DNA of 64,000 bases, taken from Oscillospiraceae bacterium. GTDB taxonomy: Bacteria; Bacillota; Clostridia; Oscillospirales; Ruminococcaceae. The position numbers were made by a program, and so were the translations under genes. Position 1 is the first letter of the stretch. Every line of letters begins with the position of its first letter. The stretch is taken from the NCBI GenBank assembly GCA_016295145.1, contig JAEDLR010000001.1:15753-79752 (forward strand), written 5' to 3'. Shown piece by piece: positions 26,086 through 36,458 of the stretch. The notes below the pieces were generated by a model. That model was not told the origin of the DNA. It worked only from the letters and a program-made list of their open reading frames with translations, and ran no database searches.

Positions 26086-27015
26086 TCAGCCACCCAGGCG
26101 CAACATTTCATCCAGACAATGCCGTGCAGATGTCATGAGCGCATCAGGCAGCAGAAGCTCCTGTGCGCTGCCGTTGCCGATCTCCCGCAACACACGTGCA
26201 ATATCGCTGACTGTTGTGGCACGCATATCGGGGCACATCAGGCGGTTTGCTATGGGATAAAACCGCTTTTCGGGGCAGGCAAGTGCCAGTTGCGCTGTAA
26301 TGCTGATCTCCGTGCCGATGATGAATTCTTTTGCCGCCGATTGCTTTGCATACTGCAGAATGCCGGAAGTCGCACCTACATAATCCGCCATAGCAGAGAT
26401 CTCTTTTTTACACTCGGGATGTACCAGCAGCAGCGCATCGGGATGTGCGAGTTTCGCTGCCTGTGCCTCTTCTACGGTAATGCTGCTGTGGTGGGGGCAG
26501 CCCCCTTTCAGCAGATGAAACTGCTTTTCGGGACAATTTGCCTGCACATACGCGCCCAGATTGCAATCCGGAATAAAGAGAATATCGTGCTGCGGCAGCT
26601 TTTTGACGATCTCCACTGCCGAGGAGGAGGTCACGCACACATCGCTGATGGCTTTGAGTGCCGCCGAGGTATTGACATAGGCAACCACAGCGCAATCGGG
26701 ATGCTTTGCTTTCTCTGCCAGGATCTCCTCAGGGGAAAACTGCTCTGCCATCGGACAGCCTGCCGTGGGGTTCGCCTCATAAATATGCTTTTGGGGACTG
26801 AGCAGTTTTGCGGTTTCCGCCATAAACCGCACGCCGCACATCAACAGACGATGCGTATTTTGTTCTGCCGCCATCTTGCTCAGTAAAAAGCTGTCGCCTG
26901 TGATATCAGCAATCTCCAGAATATCGGGGGACTGGTAGCTGTGCGCCAGAATGCACACATCGTGTTCTTTTTTCAGCCGTAAGATCTCCTGTTGTACTTC
27001 ATAAATCGTCTGCAT
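26086..27015 (-). CDS. nadA: Quinolinate synthase
   Basis: MQTIYEVQQEILRLKKEHDVCILAHSYQ... is a typical NadA N-terminus, and about 309 aa is typical NadA length. The start overlaps the 3' end of the upstream transporter gene. The track N-terminal extension was rejected. Confidence 0.85.
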   Translation of the reverse strand: MQTIYEVQQEILRLKKEHDVCILAHSYQSPDILEIADITGDSFLLSKMAAEQNTHRLLMCGVRFMAETAKLLSPQKHIYEANPTAGCPMAEQFSPEEILAEKAKHPDCAVVAYVNTSAALKAISDVCVTSSSAVEIVKKLPQHDILFIPDCNLGAYVQANCPEKQFHLLKGGCPHHSSITVEEAQAAKLAHPDALLLVHPECKKEISAMADYVGATSGILQYAKQSAAKEFIIGTEISITAQLALACPEKRFYPIANRLMCPDMRATTVSDIARVLREIGNGSAQELLLPDALMTSARHCLDEMLRLGG

Positions 27016-28345
27016 TTTTGATATCATCCTTTCCGTTTTCACTTGCGATCCCTGCAGCGGTTTCCTCTGCCACTGGATTTTCAGCCGGTGTTTGCTGCGA
27101 TGCTTCTGCCGATGGGGTTGCGTAGACCAGTTCCTTTCCCATATAGCCCTCGGTGCTGCTGGGCAGACCCTTTTTTGCCAGTCTTGCCGCAAGGAATTCC
27201 TTGAACAGCGCGTAGAGCGCCGCAAACAGCGGCACAAATGCTACCATGCCGAAGAATCCGAACAGACCGCCGCCGATGAGGATCGCAAACAGCACCCAGA
27301 AGGTCGGCAGACCCATGGAGTCACCAAGAATTTTCGGCGCAATCAGATTGCCTTCGATCTGCTGCAGTGCAAAGATGAAGATCACAAAGGGAATCAGCTT
27401 GGTAGGCTCTGCAATGAGGACCAGGAAACCGCTTGGGATTGCACCGATAAACGGGCCAAAAAAGGGAATGAAATTTGTGACGCCCACCACCAGAGAGATC
27501 AGCGCAGCGTAGGGGGCATCCATGATCGTCAGACCAACGAAAGTCGTGACTCCCACCATCAGACAGTCCACCGTTTGCCCCACCAGAAAATTCTGGAAGA
27601 CATGGTGTACCTTTGCCAACACGCGCAAAGTGCTGTGTACACGCTGTTCCGGAAACAGTGCGTATAAAATCTTTTTGATCTGTGCAGGGTAGCGTTCCTT
27701 GTTGTACAGCAGGTAGATTGCTGCAATGATGCCGATCAGGAAATCTATGACGCCGCTGACCAGCGAATAGGCACCGCTTGTGATCGAACCGATGATATTG
27801 GCACCGCTGACGATGCTGTCCAGCTTCGGTTCATACTGTGTGGCAAAGTTGATGAGCTTGTCCTGCAGACTGTTGAGTGCCGCCATAATGGATTCGTAAA
27901 CCTGGGGGCTGGATTCCTTTAGACCTGCCAGATGGTCAGTACACCATGTGGCAATGTTCTTTGCGTAGCTCGGTATATTGTTGAACAGCGTGCGTACACT
28001 GTCGATGAGTTCAGGCAGCAGCATGGCAATCATGCCTGCCAGTGCCGCTATCAGAATGAAAATGGTGACGGTGACAGCCACTGTGCGGCGCAGAGCAGGA
28101 TGCGGCTTTTTGCGCTCGATGAGTTTTGAGAGAATACGGCGCTCCAGCCAGTTTTGCAAAGGCGACAGAAGATACGCAAATACCAAACCCCATATCACGG
28201 GCGAAAGCGATGAGATCGTCTTTTTGGCGATCACCATTACGGAAGAAAACCGCCATACCACGATCGTGAGCAGCAGGCAGGTGAAAAATACCCCGATGGT
28301 GCATATCGCTAAGGATTTCTGTTTTTCTGTAATTTGTATTTTCAT
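26999..28345 (-). CDS. AI-2E family (PerM/YhhT-like) transporter
   Basis: Multi-TM protein with the family-typical SPVIWGLVFAYLLSP..W and FIPFFGPFIGAIP segments. ATG 28345 follows GAAGGGGGG. Confidence 0.8.
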   Translation of the reverse strand: MKIQITEKQKSLAICTIGVFFTCLLLTIVVWRFSSVMVIAKKTISSLSPVIWGLVFAYLLSPLQNWLERRILSKLIERKKPHPALRRTVAVTVTIFILIAALAGMIAMLLPELIDSVRTLFNNIPSYAKNIATWCTDHLAGLKESSPQVYESIMAALNSLQDKLINFATQYEPKLDSIVSGANIIGSITSGAYSLVSGVIDFLIGIIAAIYLLYNKERYPAQIKKILYALFPEQRVHSTLRVLAKVHHVFQNFLVGQTVDCLMVGVTTFVGLTIMDAPYAALISLVVGVTNFIPFFGPFIGAIPSGFLVLIAEPTKLIPFVIFIFALQQIEGNLIAPKILGDSMGLPTFWVLFAILIGGGLFGFFGMVAFVPLFAALYALFKEFLAARLAKKGLPSSTEGYMGKELVYATPSAEASQQTPAENPVAEETAAGIASENGKDDIKNADDL

Positions 28346-28642
28346 AGTAACCCCCCTTCGGATGCGAGCAGATGTACGATGAACGATGAACGATGTACAA
28401 CGATATGATTCTATTATACAGTAAAAAGCCAAAAAAGAAAAGCGTTTTTTGCAAAAAAACACAAAATTTTTGGGGCGGTTTCAAAAAACGGCATCAGTGA
28501 CAATATTTTTTTGAAAAAAACTATGAAAATTTCAAAACAGCCCTTTTCATTTGCAATGTTTTGTGTTATAATGACAGTGTATCGGTCTGCGCACTGGCGC
28601 AAACCGCAGCGTACCCGATATTCAGAACGGAGCGTAACATCT

Positions 28643-31012
28643 ATGCAAACGATGCAGAATCTCAAGCAGGCTGCCATTGATCGGCTGCTTGCTTCCCGTA
28701 GATTGAATCCTCCGCAGCAGGAGGCGGTGCGAACCGTCAACGGTCCTGTTGTGGTGCTGGCAGGTGCCGGCAGCGGGAAAACCACCGCCATTGTCAACCG
28801 AATTGCCTATATGATGCAGTTCGGCGATACATACAATACCCCCATGGGCACCGTAACAGAAACAGAAGCGCAGTATCTTGCCGATGTGGCAGAGGGCAAA
28901 GCCACCCCCGATGCAGAGCGTCTGGCAGAGATAGTAGCCGATGCCCCCGTTCACGGATGGAATATTCTTGCGATCACCTTTACCAACAAGGCGGCTGCAG
29001 AACTGAAAAACCGCCTGGAGACGATGCTTGGCGAGGACGCCGCTACCGTATGGGCGGCGACCTTCCACAGTGCTTGTGTGCGCATTCTCAGGCAACATAT
29101 CGACCGACTGGGCTATGCGCGTTCCTTTACGATCTATGATGCAGATGACAGCCGCAGAGTGGTATCCGCCTGTTTTGGCGACCCAAGCGTCACAGACCCC
29201 TATACGGGTGCTGCGATCTCCGAAAAAGCATTTCCGCCCAAGGTGGTGGCGGGAGAGATCAGCAGGGCAAAGGATCGGCTGATTTCACCCGAGCAGATGC
29301 TGGCTGATGCAGACGGCGACTACCGCACGACCATCATTGCCATGCTGTATCAGGCATATCAGATGCGCCTGAAGGATGCCAATGCTGTTGATTTCGACGA
29401 TATCATCGCGCTGACCGTCCGTCTTTTTCAGGAGCATCCCGATGTGCTGGATATCTATCAGAACCGCTGCCGCTATCTGCTGGTGGACGAATACCAGGAT
29501 ACCAACACCGCGCAGTATGAGCTGGTTCGACTGCTGGCAGAAAAATACCGCAATCTCTGTGTGGTGGGCGATGATGACCAGAGCATTTACAAATTCCGCG
29601 GTGCAACCATCGAAAATATCCTCTCGTTTGAAAAACAGTTCCCCGATTGCAAGGTCATTCGCCTGGAGCAGAATTACCGTTCCACCGGCAGAATCCTTGC
29701 AGCGGCAAACTCTGTGATACGCAATAATACCGAGCGCAAGGAGAAAACCCTCTGGACTGCTTCCGGCGAGGGCGACCGTGTGTTCTGGTTCAAGGCGGCT
29801 GACCAGAATGAGGAAGCGGCTTTTGTCACCGATACCATTCTGGAACGGGTCAAGACAGGGGGCGCTTACAGCGATCATGCTGTGCTGTACCGTACCCACG
29901 CCCTTTCCAATACCATTGAGCGGCATCTTTCGCAGGCAGGCATACCCTACCGCGTGTACGGTGGTTTGCGCTTCTTTGACCGCAAAGAGGTCAAGGATAT
30001 GGTCTCTTACCTGAGCGTCATCAACAATCCCCATGATATGCTGCGCTTCCGACGGATTGTCAATGAGCCGAAACGGGGTATCGGCAATGCAACACTGGAT
30101 GCCATTGAACAAATCGCAAATGACCTGCATCTTTCTCCCATTGAGGTGCTGCGTACTGCAGCGGATTACCCTGTGCTTGCCCGCAAAGCAACTGTGCTGC
30201 GCGCCGTGGGCGAAATGTTCGATACGCTGACAGAACTGGCGGATACACTTGCACCCGACGCCCTCTACGATCGTGTGCGCGAGCTGACGGGCTATGATGC
30301 CATGCTCAGCGCACTGGGCGAGGAGGGTCAGACCCGTCTGGAGAATGTGGAGGAGCTGAAATCCAGTATCCTGCAATATATGGAAACTGCCGAGGAACCG
30401 ACACTGGGCGGATTTCTGGAGGAGATCTCGCTGTATACCGATCAGGATCGCACCGATGAAAGTACCGATGCCGTCACACTGATGACGATTCATGCGGCAA
30501 AGGGGCTGGAGTACGATACCGTGTTCCTTGTAGGAATGGATGACGGTGTGTTCCCCAATACCCGGTGGACGCTTTCGCAGCAGGAGCTGGAGGAGGAACG
30601 CCGTCTTGCGTATGTGGCGATTACCCGTGCCAAGCGCAGACTGTATCTTGTGAATGCCGCCAGAAGGATGCTCCACGGCATGACTGCCAGCAGCTTCCCA
30701 TCGCGGTTTATCAAGGAGATCAGCCCCGAATGCATCGAGAAGCATGGCAGCGAGGTGACGGTGCCTGCAAAAGGCGCAGCCGTTGCAAGAACCGGCTCCG
30801 TTTCGCTGCAACAGCAGATTTTACAGCAGAAATCTGCTACCCCCAAGCCGGAAAGCTTTACCGTGGGTGAGCGGGTGCGGCATTCTGTGTTCGGTGTGGG
30901 TACTGTGCTGAGCGTGCTGCCCACCGCAGGGGATGCGATGCTGGAGATTGCATTTGATAAAGTGGGCACCAAAAAGGTTATGGCGAAGTACGCAAAAATC
31001 AAAAAGATATGA
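28643..31012 (+). CDS. pcrA: ATP-dependent DNA helicase PcrA/UvrD family
   Basis: LNPPQQEAV, Walker A AGAGSGKT, DEYQDTN, and later helicase motifs including TIHAAKGLE. Start at ATG 28643 after ACGGAG. Confidence 0.9.
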   Translation: MQTMQNLKQAAIDRLLASRRLNPPQQEAVRTVNGPVVVLAGAGSGKTTAIVNRIAYMMQFGDTYNTPMGTVTETEAQYLADVAEGKATPDAERLAEIVADAPVHGWNILAITFTNKAAAELKNRLETMLGEDAATVWAATFHSACVRILRQHIDRLGYARSFTIYDADDSRRVVSACFGDPSVTDPYTGAAISEKAFPPKVVAGEISRAKDRLISPEQMLADADGDYRTTIIAMLYQAYQMRLKDANAVDFDDIIALTVRLFQEHPDVLDIYQNRCRYLLVDEYQDTNTAQYELVRLLAEKYRNLCVVGDDDQSIYKFRGATIENILSFEKQFPDCKVIRLEQNYRSTGRILAAANSVIRNNTERKEKTLWTASGEGDRVFWFKAADQNEEAAFVTDTILERVKTGGAYSDHAVLYRTHALSNTIERHLSQAGIPYRVYGGLRFFDRKEVKDMVSYLSVINNPHDMLRFRRIVNEPKRGIGNATLDAIEQIANDLHLSPIEVLRTAADYPVLARKATVLRAVGEMFDTLTELADTLAPDALYDRVRELTGYDAMLSALGEEGQTRLENVEELKSSILQYMETAEEPTLGGFLEEISLYTDQDRTDESTDAVTLMTIHAAKGLEYDTVFLVGMDDGVFPNTRWTLSQQELEEERRLAYVAITRAKRRLYLVNAARRMLHGMTASSFPSRFIKEISPECIEKHGSEVTVPAKGAAVARTGSVSLQQQILQQKSATPKPESFTVGERVRHSVFGVGTVLSVLPTAGDAMLEIAFDKVGTKKVMAKYAKIKKI

Positions 31013-31077
31013 GTTTAGGCGATGCCGCACAAAGCTGGTGGTGCGGTGCTGTCTTTGATGTTCCGAAAGGAAGCACT

Positions 31078-32412
31078 ATGAGTGAACAACGCAAGTCCGC
31101 CAGGGAAGGCGGCAAGCAGCGGCAGGCAGGCATTGGTGATGTGTGCAGGGCACTGTGGAAACGGATCAAAAAAACGACAAAGCGCACTGCAAACCGCTGC
31201 AAAGAGGCGGTGAAGAATCTGCCGCAGACCATAAAAAACGGCTGCCGCGCAATGGCGGATCGTGCAAAGAAAAAGTGGCGCCGTCTGATGAAGCAAGCAA
31301 AGCAGAACCGCAAGGAGATCATTTTGCACGCAGTGCAGTTTGTGCTTTCGTTTGCGTCGGTGGCGTATCTCATCGGCGTGGTGATGCTTGCGCTGAATTG
31401 TCTGCTTTATCGTCTGGAGATACCGCCGGCGATGCAGTCGGGCTTCTGCGTGCGCCTGAGCCTGATCTGTGCAGGCTTTGCCGCTGTGATGATCTTCACA
31501 CGGCGGCAGATCGTCACGCGATTCTGTATTATGGCGGCCATGCCGTTTTATTTCCCGATTTTTCTGTTCAATACCGAATATAAAGTGCTGATGATTCCCT
31601 TGGGGCTGCTTGGCATTGTTACTTTCTTTGCCAACGGTGCAAAGGAGGGCACAAAAACCATTCTCGGTACAGTGTATCTGATGTTTTATGTGCTGGGGGC
31701 ATTCTGCTACCTCAATGTGTTGGATCTACTGAAAACCTCCTCGGTGGAAACCGTGACCGAGGCGGGCATTTCGCCCTCGGGCGCATACCGTTACGAGATC
31801 ATTGAGGTGCAGGATCAGGCAGGAGGCAATACCTATGTTTCTCTGGAGCCGAACACCTACGATATCCGGTACGATCACTGCACATTCTATGCCATGGGAT
31901 ATGACAAGCGCATCTATCTGGAACGCCCGCTGACCGATTTTCAACCCCAGTGGCTCACTGCGACCCGTGCCGATATCAAAAACGAGCTGATTGCCATTAA
32001 CCCCGATGTGGCGTTTACCATGTCTGCTGCGCAGATGGAGCTGCTTGGGCTGGATAAGGGTTATACCAAGGATTACAAGGCATCGGCACTGAGCCGCAGC
32101 CAGCGATTTGCACTGGGCATCTGCATCTCCAATGACCTCATTGGCGATCAGACACCCGAATCCGAGGGGTTGACGCTCTACAAGAAGAGCGACATTGTGA
32201 CCTTGACGTATCAGCAGATCAAGGAACTGGGGCTGACCGCTTCCGTGGAGGTAAAGCTTGCAGATCTGACGGAGAGCGATCTGGTAGCGCTTGGCGTGCC
32301 CGAAGAAAACGATGTGCTGCTCATCAATGATAAGGTGGTTTTCCGCCAGTTGATCGCCGTGCTGGAGGATACCTTTGACAATGCACGCAGCTTCGGCTAT
32401 CTGTTGGAATGA
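31078..32412 (+). CDS. Hypothetical membrane protein: highly basic N-terminal tail, about 4-5 TM helices, about 230-aa C-terminal soluble domain
   Basis: ATG 31078 follows AAAGGAAG. Hydrophobic segments are visible. I recognise no family. Confidence 0.6.
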   Translation: MSEQRKSAREGGKQRQAGIGDVCRALWKRIKKTTKRTANRCKEAVKNLPQTIKNGCRAMADRAKKKWRRLMKQAKQNRKEIILHAVQFVLSFASVAYLIGVVMLALNCLLYRLEIPPAMQSGFCVRLSLICAGFAAVMIFTRRQIVTRFCIMAAMPFYFPIFLFNTEYKVLMIPLGLLGIVTFFANGAKEGTKTILGTVYLMFYVLGAFCYLNVLDLLKTSSVETVTEAGISPSGAYRYEIIEVQDQAGGNTYVSLEPNTYDIRYDHCTFYAMGYDKRIYLERPLTDFQPQWLTATRADIKNELIAINPDVAFTMSAAQMELLGLDKGYTKDYKASALSRSQRFALGICISNDLIGDQTPESEGLTLYKKSDIVTLTYQQIKELGLTASVEVKLADLTESDLVALGVPEENDVLLINDKVVFRQLIAVLEDTFDNARSFGYLLE

Positions 32413-32492
32413 TATCATGCGGCAAGCCCGTGTGTGTCAGAATAAAATCAAAGCAAAAAAACGGAGTGTATCCGGTACAGGAGGTTACTACC

Positions 32493-33818
32493 ATGAGCGA
32501 ATTTTTCAAGAACATTGGCAAGATCCCTTTTGAGGGCAAGCAGTCCACCAATCCTCTGGCATTCAAGTATTACAATCCCGATGAGATCATCGACGGCAAG
32601 CCCATGCGCGAGCATCTGAAGTTTGCGCTTTCGTGGTGGCACACAATGGGCGGCGACGGCACCGATATGTTCGGCTGCGGCACTACCGACAAATCTTGGG
32701 GCGAGAACGAGCCCATGGCAAAGGCAAAAGCAAAGGTCGATGCTGCTTTTGAAATCATGGATAAGCTGTCCATCGACTATTTCTGCTGGCATGATCGTGA
32801 TCTTTCCCCCGAGTATGGCACGCTGGCAGAAACCAACGCCAAGTTCGATGAAATCGTGGACTATGTTGCAGAGAAAATGGCACAGTATCCCGGCAAGAAA
32901 CTGCTGTGGGGTACGGCAAAGTGCTTTGATCACCCCCGTTTCATGCACGGTGCAGGTACGTCTCCCTCCGCAGATGTGTTCGCATATACCGCAGCACAGA
33001 TCAAAAAGGCACTGGATGCAACCATGAAACTGGGCGGCAACGGCTATGTGTTCTGGGGCGGCCGTGAGGGATATGAGACCCTGCTGAATACCAATATGGG
33101 TCTGGAACTGGACAACATGGCGCGTCTGCTGAGAATGGCAGTCGATTATGCACGCGCGCAGGGCTTTACCGGCGATTTTTACATTGAGCCAAAGCCCAAG
33201 GAGCCCACCAAGCATCAGTATGATTTTGATGTGGCAACCGTCATGGGATTCCTGAACAAGTACGGTCTGGATAAGGACTTTAAGATGAATATTGAGGCAA
33301 ACCATGCGACACTGGCACAGCATACCTTCCAGCATGAGCTGCGTGTTGCCCGGGAAAACGGCTTGTTCGGCTCCATTGATGCAAACCAGGGTGATCCGCT
33401 ATTGGGCTGGGATACTGACCAGTTCCCCACCAACATCTACGATGCAACCCTGTGTATGTATGAGGTCATCAAGGCTGGCGGCTTTACCAACGGCGGCCTG
33501 AACTTCGATGCAAAGACCCGTCGCGGTTCCTTTACCGCCGAGGATATCTTCCTCAGCTATATTGCGGGTATGGATACCTTTGCACTGGGCTTCAAGGCTG
33601 CACGGGCACTGATTGCAGACGGCAGGATCGACCAGTTCGTCAGTGAGCGCTACGCAAGTTGGACTACCGGCATCGGCAAGGACATTATCGACGGCAAGGC
33701 AGATATGGTCGCTCTGGAGAAGTATGCGCTGGAGAAGGGCGAGGTGACCGCTTCTTTGAGCAGCGGCAGACAGGAAATGCTTGAGGCGATCCTCAACAAT
33801 GTACTGCTGAATCTGTAA
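32493..33818 (+). CDS. xylA: Xylose isomerase
   Basis: [29 protein letters not shown]..., FCWHDRD and [18 protein letters not shown] signature blocks. ATG follows AGGAGG. Confidence 0.95.
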   Translation: MSEFFKNIGKIPFEGKQSTNPLAFKYYNPDEIIDGKPMREHLKFALSWWHTMGGDGTDMFGCGTTDKSWGENEPMAKAKAKVDAAFEIMDKLSIDYFCWHDRDLSPEYGTLAETNAKFDEIVDYVAEKMAQYPGKKLLWGTAKCFDHPRFMHGAGTSPSADVFAYTAAQIKKALDATMKLGGNGYVFWGGREGYETLLNTNMGLELDNMARLLRMAVDYARAQGFTGDFYIEPKPKEPTKHQYDFDVATVMGFLNKYGLDKDFKMNIEANHATLAQHTFQHELRVARENGLFGSIDANQGDPLLGWDTDQFPTNIYDATLCMYEVIKAGGFTNGGLNFDAKTRRGSFTAEDIFLSYIAGMDTFALGFKAARALIADGRIDQFVSERYASWTTGIGKDIIDGKADMVALEKYALEKGEVTASLSSGRQEMLEAILNNVLLNL

Positions 33819-33917
33819 GCATATCGAATCAACTGTAGGGGCGGCAGACGCTTCCGCTGCCGTTTCCCTGGGGTTGATCAGCAAAAGCTTCTACTACATA
33901 TGAAGGAGTATACCGAC

Positions 33918-35441
33918 ATGGCATATTTTATCGGTGTCGATATCGGTACCAGCGGTACCAAAACCGTACTGTTTGACGGCATGGGCAAAGTCATTGCTTC
34001 TGCGACTGTCGAATACCCCCTGTATCAGCCGCAAAACGGCTATGCAGAGCAGATGCCGCAGGATTGGGACAATGCCGTGATGCAGACGCTGGCAGCCGTC
34101 ATGGAACAAAGCGGTGTGGCCAAGGATGAGGTCAAGGGCATCGGCCTTTCGGGGCAGATGCACGGTCTGGTGATGCTGGACGAGAACAATGCGGTGATCC
34201 GTCCTTCGATCATCTGGTGCGATCAGCGTACCGCCGCCGAGTGTGAGGAGATCACCCAAAAGGTGGGGGCAGAGCGCCTGATTGCCATTACTGCAAACCC
34301 TGCTCTGACGGGATTTACCGCCTCGAAGATTTTGTGGGTGCGCAATCACGAACCCGAGAATTACAAAAAATGTCGGCACATTTTGTTGCCGAAGGATTAT
34401 ATCCGCTTCCGTCTGACCGGCGAGTATGCCACCGAGGTTTCCGATGCTTCGGGTATGCAACTGCTGGATATCCCAAATCGTTGCTGGTCGGATGAAGTGC
34501 TTGCCAAGCTGGATATTGACAAGGCGATGCTCGGCAAGGTATACGAAAGTCCCGATATCACAGGCTACCTTACCGCAGAGGCCGCAGCACGTACCGGTCT
34601 GAAAGAGGGCACCCCTGTGGTCGGCGGTGCAGGCGATAACGCTGCTGCTGCCATTGGTACGGGCGTTGCACAGGACGGCAAGGCGTTCACCACCATCGGT
34701 ACCAGCGGTGTGGTGTTTGCACACAGCTCGAAGATCTCCATTGACCCCAAAGGCAGAGTGCATACTTTCTGCTGTGCAGTGCCCGGATGCTGGCACGTGA
34801 TGGGTGTAACGCAAGGCGCAGGACTGAGCCTGAAATGGTTCCGCGATACATTCTGCGATGCCGAAAAGCAGACTGCGAAATCCATGGGTGTCGATGAATA
34901 CTACCTCATGGACAGGGAGGCAGAGCAATCGCCCATTGGCGCAAACCGTTTGCTGTATCTGCCATATCTGATGGGAGAACGCACACCCCACCTTGATGCC
35001 AATGCAAGAGGTGTGTTCTTCGGGCTTTCCGCCATGCACACAAAGCGTGATATGCTGCGCGCCGTGATGGAGGGCGTTACCTATTCGCTGCGGGATTGTC
35101 TGGAAGTGTTCCGCGAAATGAACATTACCGTAAACGATATGATGGCTTGCGGCGGCGGCGGTTCTTCTCCCCTGTGGCGGCAGATGCTTGCCGACCTGTA
35201 CGGCTGCCCCATCCAGACCCTTGCATCCAAGGAAGGCCCTGCCCTGGGCGTTGCGATTCTTGCAATGGTTGGCACGGGCTACTATCCCACTGTGGCAGAT
35301 GCCTGCAAAGCAATTATCAAAACCAATCAAACCTGTTCCCCCAATGCTGACGCAATGGCGGCATATGAGCCGTACTATCAGCTTTACCGCCGCGTTTATC
35401 CTGCCCTGAAAAGCGAGTTCGCAGCTCTGGCAACCCTTTGA
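33918..35441 (+). CDS. xylB: Xylulokinase
   Basis: FGGY kinase N-terminus IGVDIGTSGTKTVLFD and C-terminal GGGSSPLWRQMLADL. ATG 33918 lies 9 nt after GAAGGAG. Confidence 0.9.
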   Translation: MAYFIGVDIGTSGTKTVLFDGMGKVIASATVEYPLYQPQNGYAEQMPQDWDNAVMQTLAAVMEQSGVAKDEVKGIGLSGQMHGLVMLDENNAVIRPSIIWCDQRTAAECEEITQKVGAERLIAITANPALTGFTASKILWVRNHEPENYKKCRHILLPKDYIRFRLTGEYATEVSDASGMQLLDIPNRCWSDEVLAKLDIDKAMLGKVYESPDITGYLTAEAAARTGLKEGTPVVGGAGDNAAAAIGTGVAQDGKAFTTIGTSGVVFAHSSKISIDPKGRVHTFCCAVPGCWHVMGVTQGAGLSLKWFRDTFCDAEKQTAKSMGVDEYYLMDREAEQSPIGANRLLYLPYLMGERTPHLDANARGVFFGLSAMHTKRDMLRAVMEGVTYSLRDCLEVFREMNITVNDMMACGGGGSSPLWRQMLADLYGCPIQTLASKEGPALGVAILAMVGTGYYPTVADACKAIIKTNQTCSPNADAMAAYEPYYQLYRRVYPALKSEFAALATL

Positions 35442-35522
35442 GATCCCCTGCTTTTTTCATTACCTACATTGAGAAAGGAGTGCCGGTCGGGTGCCCTCCC
35501 GATTGACGGCAACAACACCACC

Positions 35523-36458
35523 ATGGAAACTTTCAACGGCTGGCTGATCGTAAACAGCTACTACAATCCGGCAAAATTCCGTTCGCTCTACAAACTGCTC
35601 GCTGAGTCTGCCGAAAAGGCAGAGCTGCGCTATTCTATGTGGAGCTCCGATGCGCTGCCTACCATCATTGGCAGCAAGGCAAGAGAGCCGCGCCCTGATT
35701 TCGTGATTTTCTGGGATAAGGATATCATGCTTGCCCGTGCTTTGGAGCTGGCCGGTCTGCGGCTGTTCAACCGTGCAGATGCCATTGCAGACGCCGACGA
35801 TAAGGTGAAAACCGCATTGTTGCTTGCCGAAAAAGGCATTGCAATCCCCGACACCATTCCTGCGCCCATCGTATTCCCGGGCTGTAATCGCAATGGTGCC
35901 GCCGCAGAGCAGGCAGGCAAAATGCTCGGTTGGCCCATGATTATCAAGGAGAACTGTGGCAGCTTCGGTCAGCAGGTGTATCTGGCGCGTAATCTGGCAG
36001 AAGCCACCAAGATACTTGCACGCATCGGCGAGCGCAACTGCTTGTTCCAGCGCTATATTGAGGCAAGCAGCGGAAAGGATCTGCGCGTAACGGTTGTGGG
36101 CGGCAAGGTCATCTGCGCGATGGAGCGTCATGCGGCCAGCGGCGAGTTCCGTTCCAATATTACCAACGGTGGCACCGCCAGTGCCAGAGCCATTACGCCT
36201 CTTGAGGAGAAGCTGGCGTTGGATGCAACGGCTGCACTGGGTCTGGATTTTGCAGGTGTGGATATTCTCATGGGCCGTACCGAGGACGAGCGTTATGTCT
36301 GCGAGGTCAATTCCAATCCGCAGCTGCAAAGCACCATTGATTGCTGCGGCGTGAATCCCGCACTGGAAATGATGTGGCATATCCGTTCCGAGGTGAAAAA
36401 GCAAAAAGCCGATGCTGCGTCTGTGATTCCAACCGTTACAGTGGATAACGCTGAGTGA
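35523..36458 (+). CDS. RimK-type ATP-grasp ligase, paralog 1
   Basis: RimK-like blocks: DKVKTALLLAEKGIAIPDT, PMIIKENCGSFGQQVYL, DLRVTVVGGKVICAMERHAASGEFRSNITNGGTA, GLDFAGVDIL, CEVNSNP. The start is uncertain: ATG 35523 has no SD, and TTG 35469 is also in frame. Confidence 0.75.
   Translation: METFNGWLIVNSYYNPAKFRSLYKLLAESAEKAELRYSMWSSDALPTIIGSKAREPRPDFVIFWDKDIMLARALELAGLRLFNRADAIADADDKVKTALLLAEKGIAIPDTIPAPIVFPGCNRNGAAAEQAGKMLGWPMIIKENCGSFGQQVYLARNLAEATKILARIGERNCLFQRYIEASSGKDLRVTVVGGKVICAMERHAASGEFRSNITNGGTASARAITPLEEKLALDATAALGLDFAGVDILMGRTEDERYVCEVNSNPQLQSTIDCCGVNPALEMMWHIRSEVKKQKADAASVIPTVTVDNAE

Noticed and set aside
32413-32492. Searched the xylA upstream spacer for a catabolite-responsive element (TGWAANCGNTNWCA) or an obvious XylR-type operator palindrome.
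   Set aside because: No convincing match was found by eye. A proper position-weight-matrix scan would be needed.
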